Positions 30,110-39,682 of a stretch of DNA of 64,000 bases are shown here, piece by piece. Position 1 is the first letter of the stretch. Each line of letters begins with the position of its first letter. This DNA is from a virus, in IMG/VR virus record IMGVR_UViG_3300028840_006907, positions 32,001-96,000 of that record; one strand, written 5' to 3'. The notes beneath the pieces were generated by a model. The model saw only the letters and a list, made by a program, of their open reading frames with translations, was not told the DNA's origin and did no database searches. Both the position numbers and the translations under genes were made by a program.

Positions 30110-30812
30110 TGGAGGGAAAGTGACTAAAGATAAAAATGTTTCAAAATATAAAATAACCGATCCAGAATTTTGGATTAATGAAAAAGGGGATCATCCGACT
30201 CCTAGAACGATGATAACTGTTAATCATGTACAAAGAGGTATTTGGAAACCTGCTGATAGTATTATCAGTGTAGAAAGTGTTTTAAAATATCTGAAAAGTT
30301 TAGCAGAAGTGAAAGATGAAATCCCTATGGAGGATGACGGATCTGATAGAATTTCTGTAGCATTGACATGTTCAAGAATGTTAAATTTTGAGAATAATTC
30401 CAAAGAAGAAGTTGAACCTTTTCTTAGATTAGATCTCCCAATAGTTTCAGTTAAAGCACCCTTGGCTCTTTTTGGAAACATTGAATATGAAGAACATAAA
30501 CTTTCTAAAATGATTATAGAAATGGCTCAGAAAGTTCATATCGATGTTGAAAAAAAATATGTGGAGATTGGGGGTTTAAAAGGGCTTTATGGTAACATGA
30601 ATTTGGTAGAATATACTCAAAATAATGAAAATGAATTATCAGAAGTTTTTTTTGGAAGATGGCTTGAATGTCAATCTATAATTTTTGAATTCAGTATTCT
30701 TAATTTTAATGATGATAATTTATTTACTATTCGAGGTCTTTGGTTAGTAGACCATTGGGATTTTATAGACGTTTTTACTTCTCCAATATTTAATATCATG
30801 ATAAAAGAGTAA
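30102..30812 (+). CDS. hypothetical protein
   Basis: ORF track. Confidence 0.45.
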   Translation: MANGGKVTKDKNVSKYKITDPEFWINEKGDHPTPRTMITVNHVQRGIWKPADSIISVESVLKYLKSLAEVKDEIPMEDDGSDRISVALTCSRMLNFENNSKEEVEPFLRLDLPIVSVKAPLALFGNIEYEEHKLSKMIIEMAQKVHIDVEKKYVEIGGLKGLYGNMNLVEYTQNNENELSEVFFGRWLECQSIIFEFSILNFNDDNLFTIRGLWLVDHWDFIDVFTSPIFNIMIKE

Positions 30813-30816
30813 TAGA

Positions 30817-31362
30817 ATGGTGAAAAAAGAAGAAGTAGTTAAGTTACTTGAAGAACGGGGCTATGGAAGATTTAATGAAGAGTCCTGGATATTGGGATTT
30901 GCAGAACTTCGATCAATATGTGAGATCCAAGCGCATCTAACTGAAACCAAATATGCTGGTACCGATGAATCCGATTCTTGGAGAATACAAATAATGTATG
31001 AATTTGAGAAGGGGATCTTCGTTATGAGCCAGCGCAATATAGTTGAAAACGGAGTCCTTTTACGTGATGAATTTATAGAATGGGATACCAATTTAAGGCT
31101 TTTTATCGAGAGGTTCAGAATACTATCTCCCAATCAATTAATATTTGTGGGACCTGAGAAGGAACCTATGATCCTAAATCCAGGAGAACATGTTAATGAT
31201 ATTCATCCAATAACCGGTTTATGCACTAAGTTAACTCCTCTTTATGGTAGTTGGTTGAAATTGTTAAGGAGTGATTTGGATGAACTGGAAGAATTAGTCA
31301 AATTGTTAAAAAAAGCTAAGATAGAATTAAAACCATTAGTAGAAGATCTTACCAATGAATAA
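30817..31362 (+). CDS. hypothetical protein
   Basis: ORF track. Confidence 0.45.
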   Translation: MVKKEEVVKLLEERGYGRFNEESWILGFAELRSICEIQAHLTETKYAGTDESDSWRIQIMYEFEKGIFVMSQRNIVENGVLLRDEFIEWDTNLRLFIERFRILSPNQLIFVGPEKEPMILNPGEHVNDIHPITGLCTKLTPLYGSWLKLLRSDLDELEELVKLLKKAKIELKPLVEDLTNE

Positions 31363-31371
31363 GGAGTATGT

Positions 31372-31533
31372 ATGGATGAAATGATTAGTTGCCCACGCTG
31401 TGATGGGGATCCTGGAGCAATTTTGGATGGTGGTCATCCATGTTTTATGTGTAATGGTACTGGAAAAGTCAGAGGTAAGGATTTTACTTTTCATCCTGAT
31501 TACAGAGAACCTGAAAGAGACAAAGAAGAATGA
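31372..31533 (+). CDS. small zinc-ribbon protein (53 aa), below ORF-track cutoff
   Basis: AAGGAG SD at 31361-31366; CPRC...CFMC; ATGA overlap with next gene. Confidence 0.3.
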   Translation: MDEMISCPRCDGDPGAILDGGHPCFMCNGTGKVRGKDFTFHPDYREPERDKEE

Positions 31534-31712
31534 TATTCAGATTTATACGTAAATCGTTTTGGACGTTTATTATGATTATAGCCTTTCCAATTGATTACGT
31601 TGGATGGAATTTAATATATGGTGGCACATTTGGCTATAGACCATTAAAACAATGTGTCAAAGATGGATTAAAACAATTAGAAGAATATAAAAGAAAGATA
31701 GATAAATTTTGA
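31530..31712 (+). CDS. small membrane protein
   Basis: ORF track; hydrophobic. Confidence 0.3.
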   Translation: MIFRFIRKSFWTFIMIIAFPIDYVGWNLIYGGTFGYRPLKQCVKDGLKQLEEYKRKIDKF

Positions 31713-31838
31713 AAGAATTTTGGTTAAAAGTACTAGCTGCTTTCATAGGTAATGCTATTGGTGCCCCTTTAGCAATTTTATTTATTTGGCTAATTATAAA
31801 ATTCACAAATTTATAATCATAGAGAAGGAACCCTTATA

Positions 31839-32441
31839 ATGGAACAAGAGATGTTACATGGAATTAATATCATGGAATTCGGGAATACTATTCAGATAGC
31901 TGGTATTATCATGAATAGCGATAGTATGTCTTATTTGATCCCGTTGCCCGATGATGATATCTTGGAAGCAAAGAATTTCCCACTTGATACTGATCAGTGG
32001 AAGAAATTTCTCCGGCAAACAGATCTACTCGAAACGGAAGTTCTTGCCCAAGACGGGGATGGCTTTAAAAAGGCCATACTTCGTAAGAGTGCCCGTCAAG
32101 TTGATTCAAAGATATCTTGGGTAGTCTTTAAACGGGATGGCTATATGTGCCGTTACTGTGGCCGTGATGACGTACCACTTACTGTTGACCATTTGGTGCT
32201 CTGGGAAGATGGTGGTCCAACCATTGAAGAGAATTTGCTTTCAAGTTGTAAAAATTGCAATAAGAAGCGTGGAAGTATGCAGTATGCTGATTGGTTGAAA
32301 TCACAGCGATACAGAAATGTATCGGAAAATCTGTCTGAGGAAATAAAGAGAGCAAATGAAGCTCTTATCTCAACATTAGATGCTATTCCTCGAAAGTTAC
32401 ATATTCCATCACGTGGAGGGAAGAAAAAGAAAAAAAGATAA
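31839..32441 (+). CDS. HNH endonuclease
   Basis: CRYCG ... TVDHLV ... N ... CKNCN arrangement typical of HNH nucleases. Confidence 0.7.
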   Translation: MEQEMLHGINIMEFGNTIQIAGIIMNSDSMSYLIPLPDDDILEAKNFPLDTDQWKKFLRQTDLLETEVLAQDGDGFKKAILRKSARQVDSKISWVVFKRDGYMCRYCGRDDVPLTVDHLVLWEDGGPTIEENLLSSCKNCNKKRGSMQYADWLKSQRYRNVSENLSEEIKRANEALISTLDAIPRKLHIPSRGGKKKKKR

Positions 32442-32469
32442 TATATAACAAATAAAGAAGGAGCTTTAT

Positions 32470-32751
32470 ATGAATTATGGTAATTCTGCTAGAAAAGCAT
32501 TATTTGGTAAAATTTATGGATCTCCTGGTGCAGATTGGGGTAAAGTACATGCTATATTAAAAAACAAAGAAGCATCAGAACGAAGATCGTCGTCATCTAG
32601 TAGTGGGGGTTGTACAGGAGGATATACCCCAACATTTACTCCTCGTGGACCTCGTACAGAGTTCGAAGAAGGGTTTAAAGGTAAATGCAAACATTGTAAT
32701 TATACAATTAATTTTCATACCCCTAAAAAGAAATGGTGCCCTCTATATTAA
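32470..32751 (+). CDS. hypothetical protein
   Basis: ORF track. Confidence 0.35.
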   Translation: MNYGNSARKALFGKIYGSPGADWGKVHAILKNKEASERRSSSSSSGGCTGGYTPTFTPRGPRTEFEEGFKGKCKHCNYTINFHTPKKKWCPLY

Positions 32752-32759
32752 AATAAGGA

Positions 32760-33410
32760 ATGTTAAAAATGTTATTAGAAACTGAATATTTATCATGTAT
32801 TTCTGAAATAAATCCTAATTTCGAAAAGATAATAGCTTTCCATAATTTAAAGGAATTAATAAATTTATATTCTGAGAGTTTCCGCATTTATCATAATTTG
32901 GATCACATCGAACATGGTTATACATTACTTGAAGAAGTAAAAAATTTGTGTGATGATTATTTTCTGGTTTTATATGCTTGGTTTTACCATGATTGTATAT
33001 ATGTGCCCAATGCTAAAAATATTAATGAAATAATCAGTGCTGATAGAGCTGTATTTGATGGATCTCGGTTAGGTTTTGGTATTGATGCAGTGAGGAAAAT
33101 TCGGAATTTAGTTATGGCAACGGAACATGTTAAACCCATGGTTAATACTAATGATGAGAAAATTATACATGATGTTGATCTAGCAATACTTGGAGCAAAT
33201 CCAGATGATTATGATAGTTATTCAAGTGATATTAGAAAAGAATACTGCATCTTTCCGTGGAATCAATATCGAGATGGGCGACTTTTTGCAATGAATACTT
33301 TTTTGAAATTAGATCAGATTTATTTTACTGATTATTTTAAAGACCTTTTTGAGAAGAGAGCCCGAGCGAACATAAAACGTGAGATGAAAGCAATAAGGGA
33401 AATAGGGTAA
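32760..33410 (+). CDS. putative HD-superfamily phosphohydrolase
   Basis: YHNLDH ... WFYHD ... HDVDLAILG pattern (His, HD, Asp) typical of small HD-domain proteins; from memory. Confidence 0.45.
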   Translation: MLKMLLETEYLSCISEINPNFEKIIAFHNLKELINLYSESFRIYHNLDHIEHGYTLLEEVKNLCDDYFLVLYAWFYHDCIYVPNAKNINEIISADRAVFDGSRLGFGIDAVRKIRNLVMATEHVKPMVNTNDEKIIHDVDLAILGANPDDYDSYSSDIRKEYCIFPWNQYRDGRLFAMNTFLKLDQIYFTDYFKDLFEKRARANIKREMKAIREIG

Positions 33411-33656
33411 ATTTTTATATAAAGTTTGGGGACTGCAGGTGCGTGGGATATATGTCTGCGAAACTTTATCTTACCTTGGTGAGCCTTGCAGTCCCTCTTT
33501 CTATTTAATATGTCAATTTTAATACTTGTAATTTTTACTCTTTGTGCATTTATAGTGTGGTGGTTTATTACCCATACCATTTATTCAGCTAAGTGGTATC
33601 TTTTAAGTTTAATAGGTAAACTCAGAAAAAAATTTAAGAAATGGAACCGGTTTTAA

Positions 33657-34097
33657 ATGGGATCATTATTAACATTAATTATAAGTGGTAAAGTTAAAGA
33701 AAGAATTAAAGAGATTGTAAAATATGCTGAAGCGCATCGGGTAGATTTTGAAACTCTGATGAGTATGAAAGATTATGGTAATCCAGGTTACACCGGTCCC
33801 ATTCCTGCCGGACTGAATCAAAACAATACGATGAAGATCTATGATATTAAGGGTTACCATTATTATAAAATTGCTTATACTATTGAGCAGATGGAACAAC
33901 TTTGGGTTAGACATTTCTCTGCTTCAGTAAGTACGAATGAAATGCCTAATTTGAAAATGCTTATGATGTGTCTTCCTGATTTCGGTTTTAAAGAATGTAA
34001 TATAAACAAACTTTATGTTGAGCCTCTTCCACCTGCATTACATATATTAGAGCCACTTGATATGACCTGGGAAGAGTTCACAAAGAAATATAAATGA
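33657..34097 (+). CDS. hypothetical protein
   Basis: ORF track. Confidence 0.4.
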   Translation: MGSLLTLIISGKVKERIKEIVKYAEAHRVDFETLMSMKDYGNPGYTGPIPAGLNQNNTMKIYDIKGYHYYKIAYTIEQMEQLWVRHFSASVSTNEMPNLKMLMMCLPDFGFKECNINKLYVEPLPPALHILEPLDMTWEEFTKKYK

Positions 34098-34340
34098 AAA
34101 AGAAGTACCAATTGATAGTGGCCCAATCAGTGGATCGTGAAAATGATATTCATACCTTATTTATGTACTATGTAAGCTGGTGGAGAGCCAAATTAAACCA
34201 GTTTACCCATTATATCTTCAATAAGAAGTGCTCCTCAACAACATTAAGAAGAATACCTTTCGTTTAATTTACCTTAATTTCCGAGTAATTTTCTATTAAT
34301 ATTTGTTGCAATATCTAAACCAATTTGGAAGGATATTGCA

Positions 34341-37300
34341 ATGTACTCTATTGATGATTTTATTCAAACTGTTTTTTCATATACTCTTCAGAAACAGAAA
34401 TTCTTCGCAGCAGCAGAACGTGCTTTAAAGAAAAATCTCCAATCCTATATACGCCCCGACTTTTTCGGAACTAGTTCGGGAGATGTCCGACTAGATAATT
34501 TACTTGTATCTCTCGCCAATAGATTGGGTGAAGCTGATGTTGAAGATAAAAGAATTTTTCTTGAAGATGCAGTAAGTGATTTTGTCTCAGAAGAGAAGGC
34601 TGACGAGTTAAGAGCAATCCTTGAAACCAAATTGGAAAGAAAACATAAAATCCCTGAAGAACTAGCTGATAAATTTATCAGTAAATCAGGTTTACTTGTT
34701 GATGAAGAGAAAAAAGAATTTGATCGTGTGAAGAAAGATATGGTCAAATTGATCTCAGGTTTTATTTACGGTTTCTTCGAAAATAAATTTAAAGAATTTG
34801 TACGAGCAAAAAAGAAAAAAGAAGATATCGGTAGAGAAGTAGCCCCGGATCTAGAAGTCCTGCCTGATAGTGAATTAATTGATCAAGCTGAAAAAGAACA
34901 AGAATGGCAAGAAGGTTTAACTAAAGATCTGTTTGGATATATCAATAAAAATGTTCCGGAAAAAAGGCGCTATGCTTATAAAATGATCTTGTTAAAAAGA
35001 TTTATGGTAGCACCAGCTAGTAGGATGGGTTTTGTTGAAATGGCAGAAAAGACAGGAATACCCAAATCATCTCTGGAAGAATGGGAAAAAGATTTGGGCC
35101 GTAGACTTGCTGAATATCTCTCTGCAGGTGGCCTTGGCCCTAAATTCGTTAGTGAGGGTGGCCTTTATAAAAAAGATGTTAAAGTTCCCGATTATAAAGA
35201 TGTTTTTAAAAACAAAGAGAATTCGAATGATTTCAAAGATTTCATGGAAGGCAAACAACCAAAAACCGGTAAACCCATGAGTGAGAAGGTAAAAAAAATA
35301 TTAGAGTTGTTTGCTGAAGGTAAAGATACCAAGGAAATCGAATCACAGACTGATGCGAGTATTGGTCAGATAAAAAAATTAAAAAGTACTCATTTCTCTC
35401 CCTGGTATAAAGAGTGGTATGCTGAAATGCTTAAGGATGTCAGAGAAGCTACAGAACGTATAAAGAAAGCTCTTATGATAATTAATGGTGAGACACCTCC
35501 TCCAGCTTCTCATGAGAAATATGTGAATATGGCAATAGCTAAAAAATACCCTCTTGAACTTACTGTAACTTTTAGTGCCAATTATGATAACCAGGATTTA
35601 ATAAAGGAAAGTGATCGAGTTGATCCGGAAAAAGACCCGGTTGATTTTAAATACAAACATTACCAGGTAAAATTAGAAAGGACCAGTAGACCCCGAATTG
35701 AATATACTTTTGATCAAAAATTAACCGATAAAGGTGATTTTGAAGGTAGCCCTCGATCATCATTGGTCATTGAAGGAAATCCTGGTCATGAAGGTTTGAG
35801 AAGAAGGCTCGATGAATATGTCGAGCAAGAAATGAAACCAGAGGGTATCCTTCCTTACGGTCCTTCGGTAAAGGGTAGAAAACCTGTCCAGATCCCTGTT
35901 GAATATGTAAATGAATCTCTTGATAGTACTAAGACCTATGATGGGTCTAAAAAAAGAAGATATCGTGGATTTATTGATTTCGCTGACAAGTACAAAGGTT
36001 TCATGGTAAAAGACCAACCTCATTTAACCCGGGTTCAGGAAGAAAGTAAAAGGGAAGAGAAGAAATTGTTACCTAAGGGTGGAAAAAATGAAATTCGAAA
36101 ATTGATCCAGCATTTAAAAGAAAATATTGGTGATGAAATGGAAGAGACTACACCCGATAAGAAAAAAGTTGAGGTGTGGAAAAAACAGATTAAAGAATTA
36201 CAGGATCATTTGAAGAAAGATTCTGAAAAAGAAATAGTGGATTTTGTCTCAAAACATAAAGAGAGGTTTAAATTCGCTGTCTCTGAAGAGCGCATGAAAA
36301 ATGTTCGTGAATTGATGAAACTCAGAGAACTAGTAGAAAACCAAGAACAACGATTGTTACAAAGAAAAATGAAAGGTGATCCTAAAGATAAGGATACAGT
36401 TAAACTTAAAGAAGATATAGCAACAAATAAAGATAAAATCACTAAGCTCGAAAAAATCCTTGAAGAAACAAAAGAGCCATTTCCTCCACCAGAATCGGCT
36501 AAAGTTCAAAAGTTATTAAAGGAACTTTCTGATCTCGGTATTAAAGACAGAAAATTAGAAGAATTCCTGACTTCAACTGATCTCCAATTTTTTGTTAACC
36601 AGGTACAAGGTGCTCTGGCCAAGGAAGCACAAGATAATATCGCAGGTGTTAAGAAAAACAAAAATATGAGTGATGAGGAAAAGAAACAGGAATATGAAGC
36701 TATTGAGAGAAAACGTGGTGTAAAGCTGAATAAATTTATCGAGTTGTTTGAAGCTGTACCTGAAGACATGAAAAAACGTCTGGAGAAATATAAAAAGGCT
36801 GATCCCAGTGGGTATAAAAAATTAGAAAAGAAGCATGGGGCTCTTTTAAACTGGGTAAATAATCCTGAAAAAGCCCTCTCTAAAGTAAAACAGAATCTTT
36901 CTACACCGAAAACTCTTGAGGCTCCAAAAGGTAAACAGGAATCAGTGGTACCTATGGAGGAAGAGGATGCTAAATACATGCTCAATTGGCTTGAGGCCCA
37001 GTTACAGGGTTTCGATGTTATAGGAGAAAGATTTGGTCAGGCAGCTTTAAAAGCAGAAGGTTTAAGTCCACAAGAGAGAGTTAAGGTAGAAAAACAATTA
37101 AAAGATACAGAAAAAGAGTTTCAGGATTTACGAAATAGAATAGGTGAAATGGAAGGTAAAGGGAAGGCTACCACTAGTGAAATCAAAGATCTGAAAAAAG
37201 ACATACCGACTTATATGAGAACAATAGAAGGTTTAAAAAGTTCTCTTTCTGATTCAAAAGAATCTCCTGCTATGATTATGGCACAAGTTTTAACTGATCG

Positions 37301-38885
37301 ACTTTCTGATTTCACTAAAATGTACAATCCGTTATCAAAGACTTTATGGTTTAGCCCAAAAACCTATGAGAAGAGAGCAGAAATTGTTACCAGTGAAGAT
37401 GATCCAGCTTTAGCTTCATTGCAAAAGAACATTGCTAAGGATACAGTTTCATTTTCAAAACTCAGCATCTTCGATAAAGAATCCATTAGATCTCTGGCAA
37501 GTACCATCCGGTCAGGTTTATCAAAATTCAAAAAGGAGTTACCAAGAATGGCCTCTTTTAATCCAATCTATTTAACAGTAGAAGAAAAAGCCCTTATGGA
37601 TAAACAAGCTAAGGAAGAAGATCACTTTGAAAAACGTGTTAAATTTGTTTTTCCTGAAGGTGAATTGAATGATGCCAAAAATATGGTAACTCAGCTCAAA
37701 GAGAAGAAATTAGATGATGCATCGAAAAAAGCTCAGAAAGAATTATCAGAATTAATTAAAAATGTCACAAGTGCCTATGATGATTTCGATATAGGTAAAA
37801 TTAAAGCATTGGCAGAAAAAGAGGAGATTTCTGAATCAAAAGCTGCTGTTCGTTTAAAAAGAATAAAAGACTCATTGGCTAAATATGCTCTAAGTCAATT
37901 CATTCTTAAGTGGCAAGATGTCATAGACATGGGATTTAAAGATACTCCAAGAAAGAAAGGACCTTTGGGAGGACCGGAATCCCAAAAATATGATAAAATT
38001 TTGGAAATAATTGAAGAGGATGTACCTGAGTTATTTAAAGAGGCTCCTCCTGAGAAAGAAATAAAAGAAGCTCCTAAAGGCTTACCTACTCCTAAGGAAA
38101 TCAGAGAACGTATCGAAATGGAATTTGAAGAAGGATTTCCAGCACAAAAAGAAAGAGAATACAGAACTCTGAAGGACAAAGGTCATAAATTATTCAAAGA
38201 TCCTTCTGGGGCTGGTGGTGGCGGTGGCGGAAAAGGTAAAAGTCGCCCAAAACCTATAAAGAAACATCCTCCTGCCCATACATATGAAACACTTAAGAGT
38301 AATTTCAAAGAAGCTCTGAAAACAAAATCAGTTCATGACATAGTACTTAGTGAAATAGGCAGGTATTTACATAATGTGAGAAATTATGTGAAAGGTGGCT
38401 CTTATTTCGATGTGGATGATGTTGTTGCTGGAGTTGTCGATGTATTGAAAAATTTTAAAAAAGTCATCAAATCATTAAGAGTAACCATGGATCCAGGAGC
38501 TACTGCAGATATAAAACTGAAAGATGAAAAAGAGGCAAAACAACTTTTTAATAAATTATCAGATATTTACAAATTAATAGATATGATTGCTGCTGATGAA
38601 AGTGGGAAACCTGTTATAAAAATAGGTCCTATACCAGGTGATCTGAGTAAGATAAAAACTCAACGTGGTGAACCCGATACCTGGTTCCCGAAAGGTCTTA
38701 TGGAAGCTGTTCAAGTAAAAAAACGAGAAGAGATTGAAGAAGGAGCAAAAGAGAAAGCTCCTGAAAAGTCAGTTTCAGCAAAAAAAGTATCAGCACAATT
38801 TTTGGCTTTTAAATTAGCACATAAGTTTTCCTTTTCAGATTTACAAAAGATTGAAGGTCTGAAAGAAGATATAGATAAAAAATAA
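34341..38885 (+). CDS. giant K/E-rich protein (1514 aa), function unknown
   Basis: Single uninterrupted ORF; highly charged, probably largely helical; poly-Gly near C-terminus. Confidence 0.6.
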   Translation: MYSIDDFIQTVFSYTLQKQKFFAAAERALKKNLQSYIRPDFFGTSSGDVRLDNLLVSLANRLGEADVEDKRIFLEDAVSDFVSEEKADELRAILETKLERKHKIPEELADKFISKSGLLVDEEKKEFDRVKKDMVKLISGFIYGFFENKFKEFVRAKKKKEDIGREVAPDLEVLPDSELIDQAEKEQEWQEGLTKDLFGYINKNVPEKRRYAYKMILLKRFMVAPASRMGFVEMAEKTGIPKSSLEEWEKDLGRRLAEYLSAGGLGPKFVSEGGLYKKDVKVPDYKDVFKNKENSNDFKDFMEGKQPKTGKPMSEKVKKILELFAEGKDTKEIESQTDASIGQIKKLKSTHFSPWYKEWYAEMLKDVREATERIKKALMIINGETPPPASHEKYVNMAIAKKYPLELTVTFSANYDNQDLIKESDRVDPEKDPVDFKYKHYQVKLERTSRPRIEYTFDQKLTDKGDFEGSPRSSLVIEGNPGHEGLRRRLDEYVEQEMKPEGILPYGPSVKGRKPVQIPVEYVNESLDSTKTYDGSKKRRYRGFIDFADKYKGFMVKDQPHLTRVQEESKREEKKLLPKGGKNEIRKLIQHLKENIGDEMEETTPDKKKVEVWKKQIKELQDHLKKDSEKEIVDFVSKHKERFKFAVSEERMKNVRELMKLRELVENQEQRLLQRKMKGDPKDKDTVKLKEDIATNKDKITKLEKILEETKEPFPPPESAKVQKLLKELSDLGIKDRKLEEFLTSTDLQFFVNQVQGALAKEAQDNIAGVKKNKNMSDEEKKQEYEAIERKRGVKLNKFIELFEAVPEDMKKRLEKYKKADPSGYKKLEKKHGALLNWVNNPEKALSKVKQNLSTPKTLEAPKGKQESVVPMEEEDAKYMLNWLEAQLQGFDVIGERFGQAALKAEGLSPQERVKVEKQLKDTEKEFQDLRNRIGEMEGKGKATTSEIKDLKKDIPTYMRTIEGLKSSLSDSKESPAMIMAQVLTDRLSDFTKMYNPLSKTLWFSPKTYEKRAEIVTSEDDPALASLQKNIAKDTVSFSKLSIFDKESIRSLASTIRSGLSKFKKELPRMASFNPIYLTVEEKALMDKQAKEEDHFEKRVKFVFPEGELNDAKNMVTQLKEKKLDDASKKAQKELSELIKNVTSAYDDFDIGKIKALAEKEEISESKAAVRLKRIKDSLAKYALSQFILKWQDVIDMGFKDTPRKKGPLGGPESQKYDKILEIIEEDVPELFKEAPPEKEIKEAPKGLPTPKEIRERIEMEFEEGFPAQKEREYRTLKDKGHKLFKDPSGAGGGGGGKGKSRPKPIKKHPPAHTYETLKSNFKEALKTKSVHDIVLSEIGRYLHNVRNYVKGGSYFDVDDVVAGVVDVLKNFKKVIKSLRVTMDPGATADIKLKDEKEAKQLFNKLSDIYKLIDMIAADESGKPVIKIGPIPGDLSKIKTQRGEPDTWFPKGLMEAVQVKKREEIEEGAKEKAPEKSVSAKKVSAQFLAFKLAHKFSFSDLQKIEGLKEDIDKK

Positions 38886-38923
38886 AAATAAAATAAGAGC
38901 CCTCTTAGAAGGCTTGTAAAGGC

Positions 38924-39682
38924 TTGGAGACATCTGTGAAGTATAGCGTACTTGTACCCTACTATAAACGCCTAGGGCACCTACATAATACCTTTATTTC
39001 CTTTCTACACCATTATTCAGATAGAAATGATTATGAGGTTGTCATAGCAGAAGATTATAAAAATGTCCAGAATAAAAAAGACCATGACGGTCTATCAGAA
39101 ACCATTGAGAAATTCCGTGAAAAAATACCGATAATTCATTTAACTCTTTCTATGGAAACCTGGAATCCAGCTCATGGTTTTAATGAAGCTGCAAAGTGGG
39201 CTTCTGGTGAATATTTCGTTGTAACCAATCCAGAATGTTTCCATCAAGTGAACATACTGGCTGGACTCGATAAAGAATTTGAAGAAGACCCCAATGTCTA
39301 TGTTGTATGTGGTTGTATGAATTATGTCCGTTGTAATTTTTTTATTAAAAACTTTAATGATCTAAATGGAAAATTTCAGAGATGGTACCAACACTCAATA
39401 CATAGAGCAGCCCACTATCATTTCTGTTCAGCTATTTCAAAACAGAATTGGGTAAAAATAGGAGGATTCGATGAAGACTTTGCTATGGGTATAGCCTATG
39501 ATGATGTCGATTTTAAATTAAGCATTCAAAAAGCCAAGATACCCTTTCATATCCGGGATGACCTTCTTACTATACATATTGACCATGGTTCCTTCCCATC
39601 TCCTCCAAATGCTCAGAAATTAGTTAATCGAAATAGAATCACCTATCAAAGAAAATGGGAAGGAAGTAATGAATCTTACTAG
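38924..39682 (+). CDS. putative family-2 (GT-A) glycosyltransferase
   Basis: N-terminal YSVLVPYY and GGFDEDFAMGIAYDDVDF segments resemble GT2 signatures; start codon uncertain (TTG 38924 or GTG 38936). Confidence 0.5.
   Translation: METSVKYSVLVPYYKRLGHLHNTFISFLHHYSDRNDYEVVIAEDYKNVQNKKDHDGLSETIEKFREKIPIIHLTLSMETWNPAHGFNEAAKWASGEYFVVTNPECFHQVNILAGLDKEFEEDPNVYVVCGCMNYVRCNFFIKNFNDLNGKFQRWYQHSIHRAAHYHFCSAISKQNWVKIGGFDEDFAMGIAYDDVDFKLSIQKAKIPFHIRDDLLTIHIDHGSFPSPPNAQKLVNRNRITYQRKWEGSNESY

Noticed and set aside
34445-38179. Antisense ORFs inside the 1514-aa gene (34445..34747, 35067..35258, 35760..36023, 36206..36442, 36506..36985, 37895..38179)
   Set aside because: Fully embedded antisense to a long uninterrupted ORF; low-complexity translations
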